A DNA stretch of 64,000 bases from positions 124,868,001 to 124,932,000 of the forward strand of contig OX597819.1 of the NCBI GenBank assembly GCA_951406725.2, read 5' to 3'. The stretch is from Octopus vulgaris (taxonomy: Eukaryota). The notes under the pieces were generated by a model, which ran no database searches, was not told the origin of the DNA, and saw only the letters and a list, made by a program, of their open reading frames with translations. The first letter of the stretch is position 1. Each line of letters opens with the position of its first letter. This document shows positions 53,196 to 64,000 of the stretch, in pieces. A program made the translations under genes and the position numbers.

Positions 53196-53689
53196 CTAGC
53201 AGCATCGCCCGGTGTTGCTCGGGTTTGTAAGGGAAATAACTATATAAGCATTTTTAGAGAGTTATAGCCAAAAAATAGCAAAAAAATGCATTAAAAATGG
53301 AAAAAAAATGATGGTAAATTGTTTTAAAAATCGTTGACTCATCGTAGACATTTTTAGAGAGTTACTTCCCTTATATAATAGCGAAAAAATGCACTAAAAT
53401 GGAAAAAAATGATGGTAAATTTATTTTAAAATCGTTGACTCAGCGTAAACATTTTTAGAGAGTTACTTCCCTTATATAATAGCGAAAAAATGCATTAAAA
53501 TGGAAAAAAATTATGGTAATTTTTTTTTAAAGCGTAGACTCATCGTAGACGCGCGCTAATACCCAGAAGGGCTCGATATGAATCACGACTATAAGATACT
53601 CGGTTTTGGTTAAACTGCACCACAAAATGTGGGACGAGTTAGGAATCTAAATCGTAAGAGACTGACAACCTCACTTTTATATATAAAGA
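53196..53689 (-). mobile_element. Helitron H1 with expanded internal tandem units
   Basis: TC and CTAG termini; three ~100-105-bp internal units. Confidence 0.88.
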
Positions 53690-53699
53690 TTATTATTAG

Positions 53700-53930
53700 T
53701 CAAGGCAGTGAGATGCCAGAATATTTTGCATGCTGGGTATTTTGCTTGGCAGCATTTCGTCTGACTTTGCTTCCTAAGTTCAAATTCTGCTGAGGTCGAC
53801 TTTGCCTTTCATCCTTGCATGGTTGATGATGTAAGTACCAGTTGAATACTTGGGTCAATGTAATCAACTTAACCGCCTCCCCCAAAAAATAATTGCTGGC
53901 CTTGTGCCAAATTTAAAACCAATATTATTA
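53700..53930 (+). mobile_element. Old, diverged SINE B-related copy
   Basis: AAGTTCAAATTCTGCTGAGGTCGACTTTGCCTTTCATCC core. Confidence 0.65.
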
Positions 53931-54761
53931 TTCTGACCATTGATGCTTCTTAGATGCTTCTTTAGAATATCATGTATTCTATATTCCAGCAGAGTAAAAA
54001 ATGTGCAGTTGAGAACTCTAAAGACAAGATATAATGATATACATAATATGTGAAACTTACATCATGTAGAAATCTCAAAATTTTGACCAAGAGAAAGATA
54101 AAGAAATTTCCTCTATTTTCACCAATTTAGAATTTTAAGAAAAATATCATTAATAAAAAAAACATATATTAATTCACAATAATCATTGAATTTCTGCTTT
54201 AAATCCAAACCATGTAATTATTGAATTTCTTTTCTTTTTCTTTGATTACATTAACTCTAGTATCCAATTGGTACTTATTTTATTAAACCTAAAAAAATGA
54301 AAGGCAAGGTTGATTTTGGAGGGATTTGAACTTAGAATGTAAAATAGTGGAACAAAAGTTGCAAAGCCTTTTTATAACCCTAACTATTCTGCCTTGATGA
54401 TGATGATGGTGATGGTGGTGGTGGTGATAATGATGGTGGTGGTGATGATGAGGATGGTGCTTGCACCATGTACAGTGAGATATGCAATAAATATTTGCAT
54501 ATTTATTCTTAAAACATGTAGGTAGGTTCCAACACAAAATATACTGGGCACTGATGCAGATGTCTTTGGAGAATGGTTTCTCCCTTTTACAACAACAGTA
54601 TATTCAGCACACTCATCTCATTGGTGCATGGCATTCTGGGACACCAGTGTTGCAACAAGTTGTCACATCAACCAGAAGTAGTCGGAGCTTTGAGACTAAG
54701 CAAAGCCACTGGCTTTGTTTATACTTTCAATGAACGAATTGTATACTGATCGGTATTTATA

Positions 54762-55082
54762 TCATCATCCTCCTCATCATCATCATCGTTTAGCGTCCGC
54801 TTTCCATGCTAGCATGGGTTGGACGGTTCAACTGGGGTCTGGGAAGCCAGAAGGCTGCACCAGGCCCAGTCTGATCTGGCAATGTTTCTACAGCTGGATG
54901 CCCTTCCTGACGCCAACCACTCCATGAGTGTAGTGGGTGCTTTTTACGTGCCATCGGCACAGGTGCCAGATGAGTCTGGCAAACAGCCACGATCGGATGG
55001 TGCTTTTTATGTGCCACCGGCACGGGGGCCAGGCGAGGCTGGCAACAGCCATGAACGGATGGTGCTTTTTACGTGCCACCGA
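54762..55082 (-). mobile_element. RTE LINE 3' UTR fragment
   Basis: Homologous to 33731-34190; (GAT)n tail. Confidence 0.8.
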
Positions 55083-55173
55083 TGAAAAATAATTGAATTG
55101 TTATTTGCACCATGCACAGTAAAATCTGAAATGAATATTTGCATATTATTCTTAACATGTATAGACAGTATTC

Positions 55174-55219
<46 letters not shown>

Positions 55220-55699
55220 GTCTTGGTATAAAAGATGGGCTACGGCAAATATTCTGCTCAATACCACAGATTTGCTTGTCAGTTGTTTGACCCCAACCAG
55301 TTGAGCATGTCCCTTAGTGGCTGACGATATATGCATCTTTGATCACGAGCAGAAGTAGTGGGGGAACATCATAACCATGTGTTGAGAGGGATTTTTTGGG
55401 GTTTGAATAGTTTACCTCTGGAAACATGAGTGTTTCATTCAACATCCTTAAACAACCCTTATTCAGGAACCTTTTGAGTGGGGTGGGCTCCACCTGCAAG
55501 GTCATGTGCTGTTTATCTTGATATGAGATCTCCTTGTCACACACATATGGTTGTGACGTATATGCCTGATGTACTCTTATTAGATGAATAATCATGATGG
55601 GTATATTGGGCTTCATGTATTTGTACTCCAGTATCACTTTGATGGCATGCATTGCTCTCTCACTCAATAATAATAATACTAATAATTTCTTTTATAGTA

Positions 55700-56056
55700 A
55701 TAAGGGTACTGAAAGAGGAGCTGGGGAACAAAAGATTAGCTACCAATTGACGAGCTAATCATCAGAAACTGTGAGAGGAGGCACGTAAATTTGAAAAAGG
55801 GGAAGATAGTGCCAGTTATAGTTGGGGACAGTATCAAAAGATAGTAAGAGGAAACAAAGGAAATGGGAATAGTGTGTCTGATTAGAGCTGTTACAAAAAG
55901 TTTGTATCCTTGGCATGGCTAGAATCATCAGGAAAATATTAGTTGAAGTGGACAAAAAGCATGGTACTGCAGGCTGCAGGAAGCAAGCCTACTACTCATC
56001 CAAGATTCTGGAAGTTCTGACAAAACCTGAGTTTTAAAAAATATAATAATAATAAT
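55700..56056 (+). mobile_element. R4/Dong-like element 3' end
   Basis: VPVIVG..LELLQKVCILGMARIIRKIL (RLE C-terminus); flanked by (AAT)n. Confidence 0.6.
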
Positions 56057-56222
56057 TCTTTATTACTATAACTAGGGTGTCAGCTGAGGAGACATTACAG
56101 GCACAGTTGGGGTTTACAAAGGAACTGAATGACTGAAAAAGGGATGGTATACACAGTATACTTATATGTATGCTGAAATACTAAGAGGCAGACTTCTATC
56201 TCAGGTCACTCAAGAGCCCTAC

Positions 56223-56525
56223 ATCATCATCATCATCATCATCGTTTAACGTCCGCTTTCCATGCTAGCATGGGTTGGACGATTTTGACTGAGGGCTGGC
56301 AAACCAGATGGCTGTACCAGGCTCCAATCTTGATCTGGCAGAGTTTCTACAGCTGGATGCCCTTCATAACGCCAACCACTCCGAGAGTGTAGTGGGTGCT
56401 TTTTACATGCCACCGGCACAGGGGCCAGTCAGGCGGTACAGGCAATGACCTCACTCGAATCTTTTTACACATACCAGCGGCACAGGAGCCAGTGAAGCGA
56501 CGTTGGTAACGATCACGCTCGATCA
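56223..56525 (-). mobile_element. RTE LINE 3' UTR fragment
   Basis: Homologous to 29950-30178. Confidence 0.8.
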
Positions 56526-56861
56526 CACCCCACAGCTTCAAGATAATTCTAACTACTAAAATTAAGTGCCCTCTCCAAGCTGTATATAATTGTGTTCAAC
56601 ATGTGAGAGAGGGGGAGAGAAAGACATATATAAACAGAGAGACAGAAATAGAGACTGAGAGATGGGAAGAGGGGTTTGAAGAAGATTCCACTATGAACCC
56701 TAATTAAAATCCTTTAATTACTTACTACATTTCTCTCTCTCTCTTTTCTGTCTCTCTCTCTCTCTCTCCCTTCTCCCTCTTTCAGTTAAAACTAAAATTA
56801 AACTGTGTTCTCAAAAACTGACACATTAATTTAACCATATTTTTATTGTTTTAAATTTCAG

Positions 56862-59207
56862 GTCCTACACAACAATCTTTCTCCCATGGATACTGATGAA
56901 CCAGTGAGAGAATATGAATTTAACAAATACTATCCAACAGCTTCTGATAGTCAAAACAACATTGTTCCGTCAGATAATGTTGGTGAAATATCATCCGCTT
57001 CAGTTACAACCATGACCACCAACTCTAACACTAATGTTTCAAATTGCAGAGAAAATTCTGTAGAATCAAGTATTGATACATTATTCACTAATTTCAAAGG
57101 AAATTTTTCAGAAAAATCATTTATGCCACTTTCAAAGGATTACATGGTTACTTCTAATCTAAAAGAAATTAAACTTCCAGATATTACGAACAATAATTCT
57201 TTACCTTCAATCAACACATCTAATGTCTCAATGTTTTTGAGAAGGGAAAATTCTTTGATAAAGGATTTAAATATTAAGCCAATCATTTCAAAACAAACTC
57301 CTTTGGTCACATTTGAACAAAATGATGTTTACATTCCAGAAAAAGATGATTGCCAGCAAAAGATGACTGATTTCTCTTCAAGGAGTCAACCTTATATTGG
57401 TAGCTTTGGTAATGTTCCGTCAGTATTAACCAATATTGCTCAAAGAAATTGTACAGGCTATGCTCTAAATTCATATGATTCTAACAATAACATATTCTTG
57501 CCCCAGTGGAGACAAATGGATATATCCTCATCAAAAAGAAATAAGATCTCTGTAAATTTTCAAAGAAGTTTAAGTACTTTAAGTTTTGGTTCTGTTGTTT
57601 CAACAAATGATTCAAATTGTAATCCTACAGTAAATAAAAAGAAATTTGAAAACCTGATTTCAAATCTTAACTTGTCTGGAACCAACCAATCAAATTTTAA
57701 AACAAGAGTTATGATATCAAGAACTGGACAAAATAATATCTCACAAATGGAATCAGTGCCTGTTACTACGACATCACCCACTCTATGTGTTAATTCCAGA
57801 AATTCTATAACCCATGAAAAGGATTTACATGCTATTTCTTGTCCTCTTTCCAAGGATTCTCTAATAAGAACTTCCTTAACAGAGCCCTCATCTCCACTGA
57901 AGCCTTGTGCAGAGAATTATTTTTCTTCAAAAACGGTGAAAAATTTTTTAACAATATCAAAAGCCAACACACATAAACTCCCATTTATTCACAGAAAAAA
58001 ACTAAATTCTGTCAACGATCAACTAAACAGAAATAACTTCTCTGAATTACCTGGAAGTCTTTCTTTGAGATTAGTTTCAAACAGTTCAAATGTAAATGTT
58101 CAGGACTCCGTTTCTATTTCAGCGACCAGGAACCTCGAAATATCTAAAAGATCAAATTCTATTTTGCTTAAAAGGTCAGTCAGAATGGCGATGCTACCAT
58201 CAAATGCTAGTGAAAACACTTCCTTGTTTTCAATTACTCCTTCAGATGTTGAACCACTAATTTCTTGTAAGGAAAAGCCTTATTCACTTCGAACGTTAAC
58301 TGAAAATATTTTTGACGCTTGTTCTACTAATTTGCTTTGTTTAGATAAGATTTTACCGGTGAACAGATCTAATTTCCCAACGTACCTCCCTCAAACTACA
58401 AATTACTCCTTTGAAGGAAATCAGAGATGCTTAAGTGTAAGATTAGATATCTTTCAGTCATTACAGAAATCAATGATTCTTTTTCATATCAATCCACAAC
58501 GTAGTGATAATTTTCCAGAATATGGTGGCACTATAAATATAAACCAAATATGGGAACAAGTAAAGATTGATTTTGACAGGTGTATAGTTTTATTCAAATT
58601 AATAAACAATATAGTTGTTAACACAAGAATTACAATTTCCTTTGGCAGTCAGGCTTGTATAACTTATCCATCAAGAAAATCTATTACATCACAATCTAAC
58701 CAGAATTTTGAAAGCTCTAACATTTGTATTTTTTTGGAGGAAATGGAACAAAACTGCCAAAATATTTTGGCAAATATCAAACAACTACTTACAGGTTACA
58801 ACTCAGAGGTTATAATTAGAACAAATGCAGAAACAATAACATTACCTGCTAATCACGCCTTAGCATTAATAGATAGTGGTGTACAATCAGTACTAAGGTT
58901 CTTGGAAAATTCTATCAAAGCATTACCGGATGAAAATTTGAATTCTCAAAATGTGATAAATACAAAGAAATTACTTCCATTTCAATACAGAAATTTGTTT
59001 CAAATTACAGCAGCTCAACAATCACCACATCATTTCCAATGTTTACCTCAAATATTGTTCACTAAAATTGATGACAGATCATCGGATAATAAACTAATTC
59101 CTCATGTGTCAAGAGACATCAGTTCACATGAAATACAAAGTTCTTTGATTCCACGCATTCATAATCATGACAGACGACCAAAACAGTTTGGATTAAAATA
59201 TACAAAT
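56862..59207 (+). CDS. Large exon (782 codons, Ser/Asn/Thr-rich) of an unrecognised host gene
   Basis: Stop-free 2.4-kb frame in AT-rich, repeat-free DNA; acceptor TTTCAG| at 56861 in frame with the ORF; donor AAT|GTAAGT at 59207; phase 0-0; no domain recognised. Confidence 0.85.
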
Positions 59208-59480
59208 GTAAGTATGATATTTTCTTATGTAGAAACAAGCATAAAACATAAAAACAAAAAACTTTTATTTACTTCAGCTGTGTCATCATTTTATGCATCT
59301 ACACTGCAGGATATCTGTTTCTTTGATAGCTCGTGGGATTGTAACTATTGGTAATCAATCACATATTTTGTTTTTAGCCTGAAAAAAGAACATAGTGAAT
59401 TTAGAAAAAAAAAAAAAAACTAATTTTAGTTATCAAAAAGATTTCTAAGATGAAATTGTTAAGAATATTGGAACACTATT

Positions 59481-59524
<44 letters not shown>

Positions 59525-59589
59525 GTAATGTCCATTGTCCATGCTGGTATGAAACAGATAACTACAAATAAGCATATAAAAAAGGTGTG

Positions 59590-60990
59590 TATATACTTAT
59601 ATACACCGCAGAAATATAATTTGGTTTGCACCCCACTTTTCCCTCAACATAAAAACGTGTGTTGGCAGGATATTCCTTAGGCTAGTAGATAAACACTTCC
59701 CACATTTACATAGGTACGGAAATATATTCAACAGGCACAACCTTACAGTCGCTTTTAGCTGCACCCCCCCAATATTAAGAGCATTTTAGTTAGCACCCCT
59801 AGACCGCGGGCAGAGGTGGGATGCTCATGCAGGGATGCAGGGACTACAACAGATGCCCAGTAGGAAGCCATTGCGAAACCAAGGGAGTCGTCTATGAAGC
59901 TGAGGTACTGGCCAATCCTAGTAGCAACAGCAGCAGCACCTCGACTTCCTACACAACCGCTGTGCCTGGATGCGCATTCATCCATCCGTCGATGCTCTCG
60001 GTGTCGGGGGTTGACCTGCTTTCTCTTCTGTGGGTCTTACGAATAGCAAAGGACTACTTCTTCCATCTTGCAAGCTCTGGGACGAAGACTGTTCGCTCAA
60101 CAGCAACAACAACAGCATCAGCAGCTTCCCCAACAATTACTACAGTAGCAGGTATGTCAGTACCATTATTAGTATCAGCAGAAATACAAACAGAATTAAT
60201 GCTGCCACCAGCAACAACATCAGTGACAGCAATGGCAGTATCCTTAACAGAAGTGGCCACAGAACCATCACAAATGATAACTATAACAACAGTGACAGCA
60301 CCAGCCATCATGATAGCGCTAGCAACTGTTTCAACAACAGCAGAAATGATGATCACAACACCACCAACAACAACAGTACCACCTTTGATGTCCTCTACAC
60401 CAGTAGTAACAGCACCAACACCATCACCACCTTCAACGATGCCAATAACAACACCAATAGCACCAGCAGATACATCACCAACACCTGCAGACGGAAATGC
60501 ATTGGATGCTCCAGTAACACATTCAAACAATGTTTCTCCAACCACAAATCCTCTTTCAGGATGCTGGAAAGAAGATATGCTACATCAATTAGCCTGCAGT
60601 GTATGGCAGCTGAAGGATGAAGGAATTTCATACAAGGCATCATGGAGAATCTTAGAAAATCCAGGCCCCTATATAAACAGGACCAAATATTGTAAACTGT
60701 GCGTAGCTGAACGGGTGAGAATATTAAAGGATTCCCTCGACCTGGGGAACATCTTGAACTCCAGAATGGACATCTTCAGACCCTGTTTGCATGTCAGGAA
60801 ATTCCTGCTGGTGTCCTGGGACCCATACAATAACAGAGTTGATTACAAATAACAGCCAAAGGGAAACAATCCCCTGTTGATGACAGAGTAATGAAGTATT
60901 TTCTTCTTCCATTTTCTAGAGAGGCCAGGGTCTGATGATATGCTGTATAGCTAAGTGGTTTATGGACATGAAATCCAGGGTAATTCCAAA
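59590..60990 (+). mobile_element. PLE remnant (linker and GIY-YIG with long low-complexity insert) plus 3' HHR-like motif
   Basis: RRNIIWFAPP..FLRLVDKHFP..IFNRH; CPVGSHCETKGVVYEAEV; RKCIGCSSNTFKQCFSNHKSSF; VWQLKDEG..CKLCVAER..LNSRMDIFRPCLH. Confidence 0.88.
60928..60986 (+). ncRNA. Degenerate hammerhead motif 3' of the PLE ORF
   Basis: GGGT-CTGATGA-T-ATG..CAT-GAAA-TCCAGGG-TA-ATTC; about 80 nt after the ORF stop. Confidence 0.5.
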
Positions 60991-61099
60991 GACCGGACTT
61001 ATTAATCTTTATACTATATATGGCTGCTCAACTTTTTAAAAAGTCAGAAATCAGACAGTTGCAGCCAATTTTGCTCTCTCTGAGGAGACATTAATTTGC

Positions 61100-61460
61100 A
61101 GCAGAGTCCCTCTAGGAACTGTGTACTGTTTGTGGTAGCTCTCTCAGACATGCCTTCAGTTATACAGTCAGCCACTCTCACCAGCTATGCAGATAACACA
61201 AAAGTATCATAAGTGATCAAAGACCCTGATGACATAGTAATACTGAAAAACACCCTATATGCAAATGGGTTTATGAAAATAACACACAGTTCAATGCTGA
61301 GAGGTTTCAAGCATTCTACAGACTACACTTGGATTACACAGGACCAGTGGGTAGTGCAATTCCAAAGTCAAAGTTGGTGCATGACCTGAGAATCCACAGG
61401 AGTAATGATGCAACATTCCATGTGCATATTACAAACATGGTAACACTGTGCAGGTGAATA
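61100..61460 (+). mobile_element. Decayed CR1/L2-like LINE RT fragment
   Basis: VPLGTV..LFVVALSDMP..SYADNTKV; WVYENNTQFNAERFQ. Confidence 0.65.
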
Positions 61461-61469
61461 TTGGCTTGT

Positions 61470-62410
61470 AGTGTTTTAGTGTTTTTAAGATTTTGTGCTT
61501 GCATGAGGAGACTAGTTTGGACTTTCAGCGCAGGATTTGGTCCATAAATGTTAGAATGTGGTTGGTTTCGTTTGTACAAAGTTTGTTATTACCTTGGTAT
61601 AGTTATACATGTGAGAGTATTTTCCATTTGATGCTTAATGTGGTGTTTTTTTTATTTCAATTGCCACATATCTTTAGATAGTGATGTTTCTTGTTTGGTT
61701 TGCAAAATGTGTGCTTGTGTTGGTTGTATCATGTCTTGAACTGGTTTGCAATAGCTCTTTCGTATGTAGATATAGTAGTTGGTGTCATGTTTGTGGTTAC
61801 CATTGTGCTATATACGATATTTCTTGAGAGACAATTTCATTCTAGAAGGCAGGGTGAAGGTGTTTTACAATTGCAATTGTTATTGTGTATGTGGTTTAGG
61901 TTTCCAATTTTAGAAATCTTTGCTGGTTGCAGTTGGCTGCATTTTTTTCAAAGTTGTTGGTAGTGGAGTATGACAATTTTATGGTTTGTTTGTTTATTAG
62001 TTTGTAATATCTGTGGCTGGGTGGAATTGTTTCTGCATTATTTTGAAAAATAATTTAGCTATTGGTGTGAAGACTTATATGTTGAAGAGGTGATTATACC
62101 AGATAATATTCCTTTTTTTATTCTTATGTATTTTATTTATTGTGGGAGGATTGCTGTTTAAACATTGCACTTTTTCTTTTAACTGCTATCATTGTGAGGT
62201 TTGTTATATTTAGTATTTTACATTTGAAGATAAAAAGGTAAGTTTGAGATTGGTTTTAATAATGCTTTTGGGATGGTTGGCTTGTTTATGTATATTCTGA
62301 ATTTTTCTGTTATCTTTCTTGTATGATTTATAGATACTTGATTCCAGGGAGAGGATATCATCTAGGGACTTGACTAGCTTTAGTTGTGTTTCTACTATGA
62401 TTGATCAGCC
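61470..62410 (-). mobile_element. Highly decayed PLE (RT thumb to GIY-YIG)
   Basis: QANHPKSIIK; IKLSYSTT; NCNCKTPSPCLLE..CLSRNIVY; FKT*YNQHKHTF; IKWKIL. Confidence 0.75.
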
Positions 62411-62423
62411 CAAGTTTTGCTTA

Positions 62424-62735
62424 TATACAAGGTGGTATCAAAAAGTTCTAGGACTAGTTATGCTTGATAAAAAAATAACTTATTTACCTAAGTTTTGACA
62501 TCATCTCCTTTGAAATAGACACCTTGCGCAGCAATACACCAGTCCCAGTGTTCCTGCCACTTTTCGAATCCAGCCTCAAAGTTGTTTGTTGTAAGCAAGT
62601 TGAGGGTCTTCTGTGATTCACTCTTGACCTCAGTAATGGTGTTAAGATGGTGACCTTTGAACTGCATTTTCATCTTGGAGAAGAGATGGAAGTCTGCAGG
62701 TGCTAAATCTTGCAGATAGGGCAGGTGCAGAGGTG
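62424..62735 (-). mobile_element. mariner transposase C-terminal remnant with TIR
   Basis: HLPYLQDLAPADFHLFSKMK..WDWCIAAQGVYFKGD; TA-flanked terminus TACAAGGTGGTATCAAAAAGTTC. Confidence 0.85.
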
Positions 62736-62759
62736 ATACACATACACACACACATAAGT

Positions 62760-63150
62760 ACAGGAGTGACTCTGTGGTAAGAAGCTTGCTTCCCAACTGC
62801 ATGGCTTTGGGTTCATTCCCACTGCATGGCACCTTGGTCATGTGTCTTCTACTATAGCCTTTGGCCAATCAAAGCCTTGTGAGTGGATTTGATAGATGGA
62901 AACTGAAGGAAGCCCATTGTATATTTATACATGTATGTATTCGTGTGTCTGTGTTTGTCCTCCCACCATCACTTGACAACTGATATTGATGTGTTTATGT
63001 TCCCAAAACTTAGCAGTTTGGCAAAAGAGGCTGAGAGAATAAGTACTAGGCTTACAAAGAATAAGTCCTGAGGTCGATTTGTCTGACTAACACAGTGCTC
63101 CAACATGGCCGCAGTCAAATGACTGAAATAAGTAAAAGAATAAAAGAATA
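62760..63150 (+). mobile_element. SINE family A (diverged)
   Basis: Family identity. Confidence 0.85.
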
Positions 63151-63770
63151 TATATATATATATATATCCATGGGTTTAAAATGATTTTAAAACTTAAGAA
63201 AACTTGTTTTTATAATTTAAAAAAAACATTAAATTTTTAGAAATTTTATTTATCCTGTTTTATTCTTTTAAGATTTTAATATTTTATTCTAACTTTAATT
63301 TTTTTACTTTCATCCAGTATCGGGGCCATTACCCTCTTATCATTTTATTATTACTCCATGGTTATTGATATTGTTATTTCTGTTATTATTTTGGTAGATT
63401 ATCTTATTAGGATCTAGTTTTTTTCATTTGCAAAATATGCATTTTTTAAAAGGAAGTAAAAAATCTGAAAATTGGCTATAATTACTATGAAGGTATGATG
63501 TTGTGGCGAAAAAAAAATTGAAGGAAAGAGTTACGGAGGTTTAAAGATCAGAAAACTCTATTTTTAGCCAACAGCAAGACAGAAATTTTCTGCGGTTAGC
63601 AGAGTGGTGTCAACTTTAAGGTTGTACCCGGTGAAATTTATAGTTTAGCGTCTGTAACATGATCTGTTCATTGTAGGTTTCTAAATAAACAGAAATACCA
63701 AATAAAATCAACATGTATCATCTTAATGTTTCTTTTGATTGTATGCTTTTATTATTTTTTTAATTTGTTA

Positions 63771-64000
63771 TCTCTATATATATAAACAGCAAAATGTCTG
63801 TGTGTGTGTGTGTGTGTCCTTTATACAAATCCACAATATTTCAGTTAGAGGGCTGGCACTTTCTATGGTCATTCAAAACCGTCCAAGGGTGGTCGTGCAT
63901 GCACATCTTTACATTTCCCAAGTCACCCAACAAAGCCATTAAAAAATCAATAGAAGTGACTTTTTTGTGAATTTTCTATCCAAAACCCAATCAAAATGCC
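63771..64000 (+). mobile_element. Probable Helitron 5' end
   Basis: A|TCTCTATATATAAA followed by (GT)n, like the H1 and H2 starts; 3' end is outside the window. Confidence 0.45.

Noticed and set aside
59821-60852. 343-aa mucin-like Thr/Ala/Pro protein
   Set aside because: The mucin-like part is the shifted frame of the N/S-rich insert in a frameshifted PLE endonuclease

Overview
AT-rich, microsatellite-dense animal genomic DNA. The repeat repertoire is consistent with an octopus (coleoid cephalopod) genome; this is an inference. Most listed ORFs are microsatellite or SINE artefacts. Real content: (1) two splice-compatible + strand exons (48310-48669 and 56862-59207) of an unrecognised host gene; (2) at least eight decayed Penelope-like retroelement (PLE) fragments with RT-thumb and/or GIY-YIG endonuclease; (3) about a dozen minimal type I hammerhead-ribozyme (HHR)-like motifs, some intact-looking and some variant or degenerate, in PLE pseudo-LTR-like repeats; (4) three tRNA-derived SINE families, non-autonomous Helitrons, a TTAGGG-bearing MITE with 8-bp TSDs, RTE, R4/Dong-like and CR1/L2-like LINE remnants, and Tc1/mariner remnants. 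The most notable signals are an inverted HHR-bearing pLTR pair around one PLE, a short HHR family with a shared non-canonical core, GIY-YIG domains split by long Asn/Ser/Thr inserts, and SINE concatemers with a fixed junction. All calls were made by eye, and boundaries of decayed elements are approximate.
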